From NCBI GenBank assembly GCA_028534125.1, contig CM052816.1, positions 2,482,001-2,546,000 on the forward strand: 64,000 bases of DNA. The letters run 5' to 3'. The DNA is from Lama glama. Taxonomy: Eukaryota. Each line of letters opens with the position of its first letter. The first letter of the stretch is position 1. The notes below the pieces were generated by a model. The model was not told the DNA's origin. It searched no databases and saw nothing but the letters and a program-made list of their open reading frames with translations. Shown here piece by piece: positions 11,251-23,994 of the stretch. The position numbers were made by a program, and so were the translations under genes.

Positions 11251-13049
11251 AGTGAGGAAGTAGAAATCAAGGTCCAAATCTGCGATCTCTTTTAAAGAGC
11301 TAACGATCATTATGATACTGTGTTAACAATAAATGCTAATGCAGCATTAACTGTCTGCGCATGCTCTCAAGTGTGGCATTCAGTGCAGTCCTGCCTGGTT
11401 CTCGTCCCAAGCAATTCCCTGACGCAGACACCAACCCATAACTTCAGTGCTCCCTGCCAAAACACTCTCGGCCACCTGGCCTTAAACCACAGTTTCCTAT
11501 GCCCTCAACCACAGCTCAAGTAATTCTGTTATCTTGCAGGGCAAGCGCAAACCCCACTTTCTTGGACGAATTAACCTTTGAGTTTCCCCTAAGGGAGGGG
11601 AGGGCAATTAAACAATCTTTCTGGCACTTAAAAAAAAAAAACCCAACAACAAACCACATCATTATCTTGATATAAACACACCCCCTTCAGGTATTTGTAA
11701 CCAATGTGCACCAGCTCCCCCCACTTGCCCACTGCTGCCACCCCCACTGCAGAATATTGTAAAGTGATGTGGGAGCTGGCCTGGTTTACATTAGGGGCTC
11801 TGAAGGGCTGGAGGAGAATTGGATAGAAGGTTAATATTTGGCAGAACCTTGTAAATGACCTGATTGTTATTTTATATTGCCTACAGTCTCCAAATCACTG
11901 CTGCTTGCCAGAAAGGCCCCAAGTGTGGCCAGGTAGTGTCACAAGCCAGCTCCACAGAGGGACTCACTAACTCTGGGTGTGTTTGTGTGTGTGCTTTCAG
12001 TGAGTGTGGACGCAGGCACCCGACGTCGCTGCTTACGCCCAGCCAAAGCACAGCAGAAACCCAGCACAGCAATTATTTTTACGGATTTTTTGTCTGCCCT
12101 CAGGGGACCTTCTCCCAGTTTAATTGTCTAAGGGGATTGTTTCCTTGTGGGATTTTATTTCAAAACGTTGCTGTTAAAATTTCTTTCTGAAGGGGAAGGA
12201 AAGAGACGATGGAATTTTTTCCCCCCAAATTTCCTTGAACACACAAACTGTCGATCATATAAAAATTCACCAAACTGTGTATGCTGAAATTAATAGAGGT
12301 GTTTTGTGATGCATAGATTTTTAAATTATTTGGCTAAAGATACGTTTGGAATTGATTATATTAAAGGTGTATAAATCTTGGATTCCCTGCCCCCACTCCT
12401 GTGCCTTGGAAATGAATTCAAGCAAACCAACTGAATTTTAAGTTAAGACAAATAGGGGGAGAGATCATTTGTCTCCAGTTACACATGAAAATAGCTTATA
12501 ATAGCGGATGCTGAGTTCATGAAGTATATGTTCGACTCCCTTTGATATAAATTCCATCATCAGCTCACAAAGAAATTGTATTTATGCATAAGACAGTGCT
12601 AACATGAACTCCTATAAATTATGAGAATAGAAAATCCAAATTTATAAGATGCCATTTCTGGATTTATTTTTAATGCTCTCTCCCACATATTACCAAACAA
12701 ATGCCACATTAGCAGCGCATGAAAGGCTTTTCAGTGGCATAAGCTACGGCCATGAAATTCACAGCACAGGCTGAGGGGGTGGGGGGCGGTGGTCAGGTGC
12801 GGATGAAGAAGCAACGAAAAAGTGTGAGAGGGGCCAGGGCTTCGGAGCGCTTGGGAGGTCCCAGGACCTGTTGTTTGCTTTAGTGTAGACAAGCTGGTCC
12901 TTCTCCTTTGAAGGAAGGGACACTTCTTGGTCCATTAATGCTAGCAAACACAGGTGATTATTTTTATTCCCTAAGAAATATGAGTTTGTGTTTCTCCTTC
13001 CAAACCGCACACAGTAGGAAGAGACTCAGTTCTCTTCTGCAGCTTTTAC

Positions 13050-13160
13050 TAATTCATTCAGTTACTCATGTTGTTCATTCATTCATCAAGTATTTACTGG
13101 CTGCTTAACATGCATCAACCATCCAGCTAAGGAACTGAGGACACAGAGTCTAGTGAGAAA
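13050..13160 (-). mobile_element. L2 3' fragment
   Basis: 'ttcattcattcatcaagtatttactggctgcttaacatgc'. Confidence 0.65.
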
Positions 13161-13169
13161 AACAATATA

Positions 13170-13730
13170 CTGCAGTAGTTAGAACAGAGGCTCTGAAGCC
13201 AGTTGGCCTGAGTAACACACAAAGAAATAACAATAATATTCACAATATTGGCTAACATTTATTGAGTGCTTACTTGGTGCCAGGCATTAAGTTTCTACAT
13301 GTGTTAGCTCATTTAATCTTTTCAGATCCCTATGAGACTAGATACTATTATTTGCTTATTTTAACAAGGAGAAAACTGAGGTTAAAGGTACGCCCTCACA
13401 GTTAGTAAGCAGAACTAGCATTTAAACCCACGGCTTCCAGGCCAGAAGATTTCATTACTATGTGGAAAGAGATGCTCCTACATCAATCAATCATCAGTCA
13501 TCAGTCTCGCATCTCTGCCCTTTACTGACTGTGTGACCCTGGACAGGTTAGTCAACCACTTAGTGCCTCAGTTTTCCCATGTATAAAATGGGGATAATAA
13601 AAGCACCTGCTTCATATCATCAAGGTGAAGATTAAAGGACAAGTTCTGCCTGTGCAGCACTTAGAACGGTTCCTGGCACAGGAATGTGCTCAGTGTTAGC
13701 TCTTGATATTTACTTATTGTTATCATTACT
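13170..13730 (+). mobile_element. MIR (+) split by an antisense MIR (~13230-13460)
   Basis: Head at 13170-13213; core and tail 'ctgtgtgaccctggacagg...gcctcagttttcccatgtataaaatggggataata...cacttagaacggttcctggcac' at 13510-13730; the segment between them is an antisense MIR ('aacatttattgagtgcttact...gagaaaactgaggtt'). Confidence 0.75.
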
Positions 13731-14812
13731 GCACAAATCTCTTCTCTCATTCATGACATACAAAGGATGTGTGAAGATACCAGGATTTAATTCTCTTACA
13801 GAATCTGGTTGAGGAAGGGCCAAATTCAAGCACAGTCACCAACTAGCAAAGAGACCAAGAAGGTCTTAGGTCATGAAGGTGACCAGACTTTCCAAGCCAA
13901 ATCACCGGCCCATTCTAGTAGACTGCTGCCACCATTTTGTAGTTCAAGGAAAGTTTGGGGGTTATGGGGGGGTAGCTCTCTGAGGCTTCAGTCTGGGTCC
14001 CCAGGTGTAGCACAATGTCCTTTGTCCCCCAGGTATTAGTCTCTCTTTGGGAAAAGCCTAAGGCAGTATCTCTGAGCACTTAAGATTTTTTTATTGCTTT
14101 CTCCTTTCAAAAATCCAAAGGCCATGAAGGTAGGCTGCTGAAATATCAAAATGCACAGGAACATTTAAATGGCAAGTGCTCAGTAAGAGCTCATTCCGTG
14201 CAAGGTGTGAGTACCAACCCCCTTCAATCTGTCATCAGAAATTAGCTATTGTCTATTCAGGGTCTCATCTTCTGTCTCAGGCAAACAACTGAGCTTGATG
14301 GTGAGCAACAGAAAGTGAACGGGGGCGACTTACACAGAAAACTAATTTATCAAAAGGATACAGGGGAAAACACTGGTGGGAACCAAGCACAGAAACTATA
14401 AGCCTGAAAGACGACCCTGGCTTGTCACAAAATGATGTGAGCAGTGTTTCCTCTGGGAGCTGAGCACTCAGCTCTGGAACTTGTTTCCCTGGACCAGGCT
14501 GTTTTGGGTTTCACCCCTCCTCTGCCTACCTGGAAACTACATCTTACTGCGCCCACCATCACTGCCAAAGCACTCGCCACAGGCTCTGCTTCCGGCAGCT
14601 GTATCTTCAGAAACAAAACCAGGAGTAGATATATGCGACTAGCCCCACCTAGGTGCATACCGTTGTTGTCAGGGGAGTCCTGAAAGCAAGTCTCTGGCAT
14701 TTTCAGATCCCCAAATCTCATAAAGTGGGGGATTCCGGATTAACAGGGAAAAGGTTCAGCTGCTAACAGCCAAAAATAATGACACAAGTCCAGTACATCT
14801 TTCCAGTCTGAA

Positions 14813-15008
14813 CAGCGATTCTCTGGGGATGACTCTGCCTGCCCCACTCAGGGACACCGACAACGTCTGGAAACATTTTTGGTTGTCACAAGTGAGAGAG
14901 ATGCTACTATCATCTGGTGGGCAGAGGGCAGGGATGCTGCTCAACACCCCACAATGCACAGGATTAGATGGCCCAAAATATTACTAGTGCCAACATGGAG
15001 AGACCTTG
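14813..15008. mobile_element. MER20
   Basis: 'caacgtctggaaacatttttggttgtcacaa...agggatgctgctcaacaccccacaatgcacagga...ggcccaaaatattactagtgcc'. Confidence 0.85.
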
Positions 15009-15279
15009 TGCCAGGCTGAAAGCCACAAGCGGACAGGGACCCTCTCTGGTGTTTTCCCATAGTTATGCCCTGGCAGCCATCAAAGGAAGGGCTCTATGTG
15101 TTGTATAGATAAGCAAAAGAAGGGGTGCATTAAGAGATGTCCTTGATTGTCCCCGAGTCTAAATAGCAAAGGACCAACACACTGTTATTTCCTTTTGTTG
15201 CTGAGTTCCTCCTGGCCACTGTGGCTTCTAATACATGGCCGTCCATGAACCGGAAACCTAATACCTACTTGCAATGAAT

Positions 15280-15621
15280 AAGCTCAGGGTAAAATGCAGA
15301 GTCTAAACAATGTCTAGAAAGCCCTCAATCATCTCGCCTTCTTTTAGCTTTTCAACCTCCTCTCCTACCACTTCCCCCCTTGCTCACCCTGCTCCAGTCA
15401 CATTGGCTTCCTTGTTATTCTTCCTCATGCATCACCCAGGGTCCTGTTCCCTCTGCCTGGAACATCCTCTGTCCTCTCCACCTCCCAGGGGGAGAGCATG
15501 GCTCACTCTCTCACCTCCTGCAGGTCTTTGCTGAAATGATCTCTTTCCAGGTATGCTTGCCTGAGCACCGTAAGAAGGTGCACCTGCCACCCCAACCCTG
15601 GCATTCTTTACACTGCTCCTT
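15280..15621 (+). mobile_element. L2a-like fragment (5' part, interrupted by L1)
   Basis: 'tgctccagtcacattggcttccttg...tgttccctctgcctggaaca...ggctcactctctcacctcctgcaggtctttgctgaaatg'. Confidence 0.75.
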
Positions 15622-16022
15622 GTTTTTTTTAACAGCTTTCTATACAATTGATACATATTTATTATATATACATTTAATATGTAATAGATAATGATATACA
15701 GATAATTGCTACATGAAGAGCTGTGTATAATTAATATGCACAATGTGGTGAGTCTGGACATATGCAAGCACCCATGGTACCATCTCCACAATCAAGGTAA
15801 GAGACATGCCTGTCACCTCCCACAGTTTTCCTCTGTCTCACTGGTTTCTGTTGGTTGGTTTGTTTTTGGTTTTTTGTGGTAAGAACGTTTAGCAGGAGCT
15901 CTATCCTTCATGGACGTGAAGCACACAACACTGTACTTGTTAACTCTGGGCAACGTGCTATGCCGCAGATCTCTAGAACTTACTCAGCTTGCATAACTGA
16001 AACCTTCTACCCATTAAACAAG
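15622..16022 (-). mobile_element. L1MA10/L1MB1-like 3' end with a perfect 13-bp TSD
   Basis: 'gcagatctctagaacttactcagcttgcataactgaaacc..tacccatt'; T-tail at 15623; TSD tacactgctcctt 15609-15621 / 16023-16035. Confidence 0.85.
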
Positions 16023-16230
16023 TACACTGCTCCTTTACTCCCCCGCAGCACTCGGCACTTTCTGACATACTCCAGAACTCACTAATATGTGGTGTTTATT
16101 GTTTATTACCCATCTTCGCCCACTAGGGTGGCGATTTTTGTTTATCTTGTTCATGCTGTGTACCAGTGCCTAGAATGCTGTCTGGGACAGCGTTGGTGCT
16201 CATTAGATGTTTGTTGAATGAACAAGCAAC
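16023..16230 (+). mobile_element. L2a-like 3' end (continuation)
   Basis: 'ccagtgcctagaatgctgtctgggacagcgttggtgctcattagatgtttgttgaatgaa'. Confidence 0.8.
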
Positions 16231-16479
16231 TAAATCAACCCCAAGACACAGGACAGACTAAAACTATAAACAGTACCACCAAAAGAAAAATGTAACATTC
16301 ATAGGGTGGCAGACCCATAATGGTGCAACAGATGCACAGGGACTTCTGGGTGTTTGGCAACGTTTGGAGCTGATGCTGGAAGCAAAGCACTGGCCCTGCC
16401 AAATGCAGCCTCCTGAGGCTCACTGAGCATCAGACAGGGGCCCAGGGGACTCCCAAAATAGCCCCTGCTTCTCTCAACC

Positions 16480-16630
16480 TCTGTGAGGGAAATATTAACA
16501 TCTAAATTTTACAAATGAGGAAACTGGGGCTCAGGGAGATGATGCAGATTTCCCAAGGGCAATCGAGCTGGAGAGCAACAGAGCTGGGATGACGACCTGA
16601 CATCCAGACCTCAGGACCCTGAAGCCTCCC
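16480..16630 (-). mobile_element. MIR
   Basis: 'attttacaaatgaggaaactggggctcagggaga'. Confidence 0.75.
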
Positions 16631-16879
16631 TGGAAGGGCTGTGAGCCCAGTGGGGTGGTTCTCATGAGGCGCCGTCTGTGGAGCCTGCACCAAGCGGCCA
16701 TGCAGAGGGGAAGGATTTCCAGATCGACAGGGAAAGAAGAAAGCAAAGTCATAGTGCCACCACGCAAGGGACCTCTCCAAACCACCGTTTAATTTTCTGG
16801 CTGCCTGATAGTAATATAATCACGTGTTGTGTGTACATGACAATTTCCTATTAACCACTTGATTAGCACCTCTGAAACC

Positions 16880-17015
16880 CAACACATTATTTAGACCAGA
16901 AGATTCACCCCTGTTTTACAGAAAAGGAAACAGAGGCATGGAGTGAGGTAGTGACTTGTGCCAGCACTGCCCGGAGTGGAATACAGCGTCCTTTCTGTTA
17001 TCCTACCCTGCTGTG
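16880..17015 (-). mobile_element. MIR
   Basis: 'ttttacagaaaaggaaacagaggcatggagtgaggtagtgacttg'. Confidence 0.65.
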
Positions 17016-17161
17016 CAGTATAAAGTAGATAAAGAGCCATTTGCATTTGCAAAACATACATATAGGTGTGTATGTGGGTGTACACACGTGTGCATATGTG
17101 TAAATATAAGAGTGTGTGTGCATCTATGCTCAAAGGTGCATGCACGTGTTTGTGTGTGCAC

Positions 17162-17164
<3 letters not shown>

Positions 17165-17204
<40 letters not shown>
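17165..17204. repeat. (TG)20 microsatellite within a degenerate TG/CA tract (~17055-17217)
   Basis: Direct reading. Confidence 0.95.
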
Positions 17205-17206
<2 letters not shown>

Positions 17207-17594
17207 CGCATGCGCGCAAGCCCTGGATGCTTATCTCAAGAGCAATACCTGTTGACCATCCCAACTCTTAGGTTCTCTGTATGCTCCAGACACATCTGGA
17301 ATCCAAGAAGAGCCGGGAGGGTGCCAGGAACCATTCTGAATGACATCTGAGTCAGGATATCTGGTCTCTAGAAGCCACCTTCTCACTTTCCTCACTTAGC
17401 CAAAAAAAAAAAGAGCTCGGTGATGTGAACCCCAAATTAGAATGACTCCCTGATCCTAACGTGAGCCCCTTGAGTCTCTACCTTTGCTAATGTCTTCCCA
17501 CAGTTTGCTCATTCATTCACTTGGTCCAGTTAATTCCTATTTATACTTCACACATCCTACTTGAACTTGACTTCCTCACGAGGGTTCTACTCTC

Positions 17595-17808
17595 TCACAG
17601 AGCCCTGCACTATTCCTTTAATGGGATTTAGCACAGCAGCTCGAAACCATCCTTTTACTTGCATATTGTCTGATCAAAGCCTGCGAGGCTGTAACTTCCA
17701 GGAAAACAGGAGCCTTGGGACTTCTCCTTGCCCCGCATGCTCAGGGCCAAGTGCCACAACGCAGCAGGCGGCAGGCGCTCCATCACCCTGTGCTGAGTGA
17801 ATGAATGT
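17595..17808 (+). mobile_element. L2 3' fragment
   Basis: 'ggctgtaacttccaggaaaacagg...gcaggcgctccatcaccctgtgctgagtgaatgaatg'. Confidence 0.6.
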
Positions 17809-19711
17809 GGGGCAGGACCAGGGCTGGAGTTCAGTCTCCACTGACAGGAATGCGTGTGAGAAGCAGCACCTTCTAAAGGTCAATAAACCAGCCACGGCTC
17901 TCTCCCCATAGCAACATTTAAGGTTAACCCTATTTAAGACATTCTGACTTTGGATTAGCTTATTTCAATTCTTGTGGCAGATTTTAAAAAAACTTTATAA
18001 ATCAAGTGAAACTGGACTCGGTAAGATTTCTTGGAAGTGTCTATTTGCAAAGCCCCTCTAGCTAACTACACAGGAAGCTTTATCTCCAGATCTTACGATT
18101 CCACACTGTTTTAAACCAAAATATTCTACCCAGCTCGGGCATTTTCATTCTTCATTACACTTTATGCCAAATAACGCTTGGCATAAAAAGTTCAATATGT
18201 GCTGTAGAGATGAAGACTGGCCACCATCAAAGCTAATCCAAACGGCCTGAGGACTTGCGTATTCTTGCAATGGTAGCTTCACTGGGATGAACTTACAGCC
18301 TCTTAGGGTGACCACTTTGCACATGAGAGTGTTTATGTGGTTTGTCTTCTAAGACAGTAAAATTACTTGGTAGAGTCACAACTCAAAATTTCTTAAAGTT
18401 AGATGATGAAGATAAAACCTTTTTTTTTTACATAGCTAGCCTTATAAGATTTGATTTGGACAGCTTATTCATTATCTTATTTGTGGTAGATGATGCAGTA
18501 AATAATGCTATTTATTGATACACCCCTTTAGCCCACGAGGCTGTCACACCAGAAGGACCGAGATCATGTCTCTCATATGATCGCCGTGTCCCCAACCACG
18601 AGCACAGGGCCCAGAGGCAACACAAGATGGTGTCGACACAGTCTCGTTGGCCCAACACAGTCCCTGTTCACTCTGGGTTGTTCTGGTGTCATTTTTAACA
18701 GTGTCCTCTTGTAGGCTTGGAAATGTCCTCATCTGGGAGATAAATTATATAGCCACAAACGTTTCTGATGGTATCATGGGTGAAAGAATGGATGACTGAC
18801 TAAACAAATGAGCTACACATCTCTCATCCGTCTGAGATGTGTGATGAACAGGTAAGCTGGCTTTCTGAAAACAAAACCGAAAAGGCTCTGGTTTGCAGCA
18901 CATGCTGATTTCTGTGGTGTAAAAGCTCCCACTATGGCTAATTCTAAGCTATCAGCGCTACATCACTGAATTACTTGCGGGAGTCCTCAGTTAGACATAC
19001 AGGAAACGCCAAATTGAAAATGGGCATACGGTTTGTTTCAGGAATGAAAGCAAACAGAATTTGACAACTGATACGACAGGTGTGCCGGTCCCTCAGAACG
19101 GATGCTGGTCTACCTGCGGACATGAGCTGGAAATGACAAGGGTAGCCAAGGAGAGTGCCCTGGCCCTGGGGAGACTGGAGCCACCATTCCGACCTCACCT
19201 GTCCTGCGCACTCCCTTACCAAACTCACTGACTTCGTCTGTCAAAGGCAGGGCAGGGACAATAGCAATATGACTTCCAGGTCCCGTAGTCATCTTTTGGT
19301 GTTTCCTGGAATTCTGAGCAGGAGCAGACTCGTCCTCCCCTGTGTGTGGTGCACTCTCCAAAGCTGCCAGTGGATCACAGAGCATCACAGATCCATGCTG
19401 GGAACTCCTGCTGGCCTGCCCTACTGGAGAACATCCCACAGTTTCTCTGTTACCTTGATGTGGAATTGAACTGCACAGGAGTTAGACAACATAAGCTAAA
19501 AGTATTCTCAACTTCCCTTTGATTTAGGTAGGGGAAAAAAAATTTTTTTTAAGATAAAATAAAACATACTCCCAGACCATCAAGACCACAGTTCTCAGAA
19601 GATGTGGGCAAACTTTCAACTCTGTCAAGAAATAGGTACGTGCTCTCGTCGACGAACTCAGACAGACTGTTACAGGGAAATGAGGACAAATCAGAATTCC
19701 TCCTCGACACC

Positions 19712-20048
19712 TGTCTTCGTCCATCTGGGCTGCAGGAAGACAGTGTCGTAGACTGAGCAGCTTACAAACACCAGAAGTGTGTTTCTCACAGCTCTGGAGG
19801 CACCAGCAGAGTCGGTGGCTGGCAAAGGCCTGCCTGATTCCTGTCTTGTCACTGTGTCCTCATGAGGTGACAGGCGGGAGGAAGCCCTCTGAGGTCACTT
19901 TTATAAAGGTGCTACTTCTAATCAGGCGGGCTCTACGCCCGTGATCTAATCAGCTCCCAAAGGCCTCATCTCTAAATACCATCACTTTGGGGATTCGGTT
20001 TCAACATATGAATCCGAGGGGTGGGGCACAAACATTCAACCTCTAGCA
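19712..20048 (-). mobile_element. MaLR solo LTR (MLT1A/MLT1A0-like)
   Basis: TG...CA termini; 'tttctcacagctctggaggc', 'gatctaatcagctcccaaaggcc..atctctaaataccatcactttgggg', 'tttcaacatatgaat...cacaaacattca'. Confidence 0.85.
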
Positions 20049-20349
20049 GCGGCTTGAAGGGTGCCTGGAGGAAGCCCGGTGAAGCCGCTGCTTTGCTGCT
20101 GGACCGCATCCCACTGTCTCTACAGGGAACAAAGGAATCAGCAGGCAACATTCCCGACGTTCCTGAAACTCTTTAGGAAATTGATTCCTGGAAGTCACCG
20201 CCTTCATATGACTGTGAGGACGTGCTTCATAGAAAGGAAGATGGAGATAAGGTGTTGCCAGTTTGGAGAGGAGCTATATGGAAGCAAAACTGACTGTCAC
20301 CCACAGAGCAGGATTTGAAAGCACCGAGAACTCCGACATCGCACACAAC

Positions 20350-20512
20350 AACTGACTTCATGGCCGTGCAACCCACACACAGGGACCCAGGGTCCCCTGC
20401 TCAGAAAGGCCCCACCCTTGGTTTAACGCTCTGCTGTCGTCACCTTGAATCTCAGTACCTTCTGAACGAGAGACCTAGAATTTTCATTTGGCGCCAAGCA
20501 CTCCAAATCGGT
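20350..20512. mobile_element. MER91A-like hAT-Tip100 MITE
   Basis: 'cttcatggccgtgcaacc...gctcagaaaggcccc..cttggtttaacgctctgctgtcgtcaccttgaa...attttcattt'. Confidence 0.75.
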
Positions 20513-21444
20513 TTGTGTCTTTCAAAAGGACCATTAAAGGAGCCGAGGTTGGAATGTTTCTATCCTGAAGACCTAGAGTTGCCATCAGTGTGTATCATGA
20601 ATCACCAAGGGATGAGGGAAGGCCAACAAAGGCATGCGTTACGTCAATCTCAAAGGAGCGTGGATTTCTTCACCTGTTAGCAGGGCTATATCTTATCTGA
20701 ATGATTATCCTGTCATAACCAATCAGAAGGCATAGCTGGGAGGAAGCAACTGTGGGGCACAGGAAAAATGAGATGGCAGAGAGGGGGTAACTAGAATTAG
20801 AAAGTACTTTTTTTTTTCGGTGGAGGGAAGCCCAAAATAGAAAATGGAGAGGCAAAGACCAACTTCCCAAATTCGCAAATGTTACTTCTACAACGCCACC
20901 CATGATCCCCTAAATTCGCCTCCTTCTCTTTCCCATTTTCCTTTCTCCTCCATCCCTCTATTCTTTCATATAATCACCGACAAACTTTACAGTAGACAAT
21001 GAACACTGTAATGAGAGAGAGAATGGTAAAGTGCTTTGAAAGTTCAGAAAAGAGAGACATCACTCCCAGCCGGCGGGAAGACACATTTGGAGGAGCGGGC
21101 ATTGTAGCTGGTCCTTGGGAGCTGGGACTGACTTGGATGCAAGGTGACAGAAAGGTTTTCTAAGGAGAGAGGACAGTGGGAACAAAGGCATGAAATGAGA
21201 AAGCCTGGGGGTGATTATAAAGAACAGTGCATTGCTTTGTTCGGCTGGAGCACAAGGTTCATGACGAGAAGCAGTGGGAGGTAGAGCTTTCATTTCTCCC
21301 TCTATTGATTCTTTTCCTAAATATTTCAGGTGAACAGAAGCCACAGTTTAGGCAAGGGGATGCTTAGCCAAGTAACTGGTCCTTGGCGACTAATCTCATC
21401 TCTGCCTTGTGCTCTCACATACCGCAAATTCCCAATTTAGAAAA

Positions 21445-21861
21445 TGTATCAGTCGGGACAGAGTGAGCTATATTGTAGCAATAAACAAAACCTGAACTCA
21501 GTGACTTAAAAATGTTAGCAAAAAGGTTTCTTTCTTGTTCATGCTCTGTGTCCACAGAAGATCAGTTAGAGACTCTGCTCTGCTCCATGCTGTCTTCAGT
21601 CAGGGATTCAAGCTGAAGAAGGATCTGCCACCTGCAGCTTTGCTGGCTGCTGTAAAGAGGGACCAAAAACAGCAAACCATACACTGGCCTTTAAGGGCTT
21701 CTGTCCAAAGGAGGCCCCTGTCACTTCCACTCACATTTCATTGGCCAGTGCAAGTCTATAGCCACGCCCCCTTCAAAGAGCCAGAGAAGATGCAACCCTA
21801 TCCTGTATCCAGCAGAAGAAATACTGGAAATACTGGATGGATGGCATTAATAAAGACAACA
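21445..21861 (-). mobile_element. Old MaLR LTR (MLT1K/L-like)
   Basis: Starts 'tgtatcagtc'; 'ctcagtgacttaa...aaggtttctttcttgttcatgct', 'tcacttccactcacatttcattggccag'. Confidence 0.75.
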
Positions 21862-22124
21862 GAGAATCTCAAGGTGATTTGTCCCAAGATACCAAACACC
21901 TGTTTCAGTCTATATATAATATGATTAGATGAATAATTTTTTGCAATTTCATATTTTGGTGCTTTGGCAATTTAAACTGGTAAGATTTATTTACACATCT
22001 GAATAGAAGTTTTTAAACAAATTGTTTTAATTTTACTTACCAATTTTTTTTCTCAAATTCAAGGTACCTGGGAACTGCAAACATTTGCATCATCCCAGCC
22101 CTCCTTTACTTCTCACCATTTTAC

Positions 22125-22370
22125 ACAGATATCTTCAGCCTGAACCACATAATCAAGTATCACTCATGTAATACTCTGGAGTATTCTCTGTCGGGGATGA
22201 AAGATGCACCACCGCTTTCTACCCCTTTGCCCAAAACAGACATCACTAATCAATCACAGTCCTCTTTTTCCATCGAACCCAATTTGAATTCTTCTCAACA
22301 GAGAGTTCCAACTAACCACTGCCAATTAATAATAATTTTAAATGAGCTAAAACCAATTTGTCATCTTTTA
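22125..22370. mobile_element. Ancient hAT-like DNA transposon relic (family uncertain, possibly MamRep38-like)
   Basis: 'gacatcactaatcaatcacag..ctcttt...ttcttctcaaca...ccactgccaat...aaaaccaatttgtcatc' resembles a recalled ancient MITE. Confidence 0.45.
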
Positions 22371-22469
22371 TAACAGGAAAAAAAATGCTATCTAAAACCC
22401 AGACTAATTTCTAAGAAATCAGTAGCATATTAATGGGAAGGACTTTATATTTTTTTTCACATATTTATG

Positions 22470-22610
22470 GATTTGTTGATTCTTTCATTTACTCAGCAAG
22501 TATTTATTGAGAACCTACTATGTGCCAGGTACTGTTCTAGGCACTGGGGATGCTGATGAGCACGACGAGCATAGTCCCTTCCCCAGTGGAATTAATGTTC
22601 CAATATTAGG
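22470..22610 (-). mobile_element. L2 3' end
   Basis: 'tcagcaagtatttattgagaacctactatgtgccaggtactgttctaggcactggggatgc'. Confidence 0.85.
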
Positions 22611-22894
22611 TATGTCAATGAGGTTGTATATGCAAGTTTGGGAGCAAGAGACAGAAGAAAATTGTGCTACAAGGAAAAGCAGAGAAATTCAAAGTTGGAG
22701 TAAGTGGATTTTGACAGGCCAGGGGAGAGGCTGAGAGCCTGAGCACTGCAGGGAGTAAAGCCAGAGAGAAAAAAATAACTTTTTTCCCCCCAAAAAACTG
22801 TCCTCATTCACCCAGAAGTTCAAATCAATTGATACTTACTTATATATTTGCTAAGACTTGACTGGTTAACCTTCCTAGAGGTAACTGTTTTTAC

Positions 22895-23400
22895 AGATTC
22901 ACTCATTTGCTTGTCAATTTTATTTAGTCAATTATTCACTCAGCATTTACTGTATGTCAGATAGCAGATATTTTTGTAGGAGTTTAAATACAAGTAAGAT
23001 GAAAATCCTACCTTCAAAGAGTGCCTAGGCTGGGGTTTGAGGGGCTGGGCATGGACAGGGCAGACCAGCTGAGAAGCAAATAATTACAAGACAGAACAGT
23101 AATAGACGTGACAGTGCCACCAGAGTGATCTTTGCTGACTGCACAGGGAAGACTCTGAAAGGGCCGGAGGAAGGTGAGTGGAATTTTCCACAAGGAAGAG
23201 GTTGCCAAGGACTTTCTGGACAAGAGACATGGGTAGAGCAGGACAGAAAGTGACAGACTGGAGTGAGCCTGGGCAATCTGACAGGAATCACCAGTTTGGC
23301 AATGCTGAGTATGGGAAGATGAGGCTGGGAAGATCTGTAAAGGCTTAAGCCAATGGGAATAAATGAAATTCTTAGGATGGGGTTGCAGGGATGAGCGCGG
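22895..23400 (-). mobile_element. L2 fragment(s)
   Basis: 'attcactcagcatttactgtatgtcag...ccttcaaagagtgccta' followed by a purine-rich antisense L2 body. Confidence 0.6.
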
Positions 23401-23994
23401 CAGGAGCCTGTGAGTTTCTCCTGACACCCCTGAAATCTGCACCTAGGTTGTAGCCCCACTCCATCTGCACGTGAACTATCCTGATGCTAATGGTGCCCTT
23501 GTCCCCTCTGCCCTGCCCTTGGATTCAGGTTTTCTCCCTGCTCTATAGCTCTCTGAAATGCAAAATAACATGACCTTTGCAAGAGGACAGTATGCTCTTC
23601 CAAAAAAAAAAAAAATCATTGCATTGAAGGGTACTCTCTCAGTTGGTGGTATGAAAATTTTCATCTTTTTAAATCGGAGGCAAAAGACCTCCACAGCACT
23701 GGAACACCTGTGTCCTCAAGGTCACTGATGGTTAGAAGCCCAGAGTTGTAAGCTTGTAGAACGCCACCTTTTTATCACTGTGAGGAGTTGGGCTTGACCT
23801 CGAGTCGTATTACCCTCAAGTCTTTTAAAGTGTCTTTGTCCAGAGGCTGGACTTGGACACTACTTTTTGTCAGTGCAGAGACCCCTTGAATTACCCGAGA
23901 CAGCAATGGAAGTCACTACAGGGATGCTGTCTGTAGCCACGCCTACTTCATTTCCCCCTTTCTTTAGGGTCTGACTTTCTCTGCAAATTCACGT

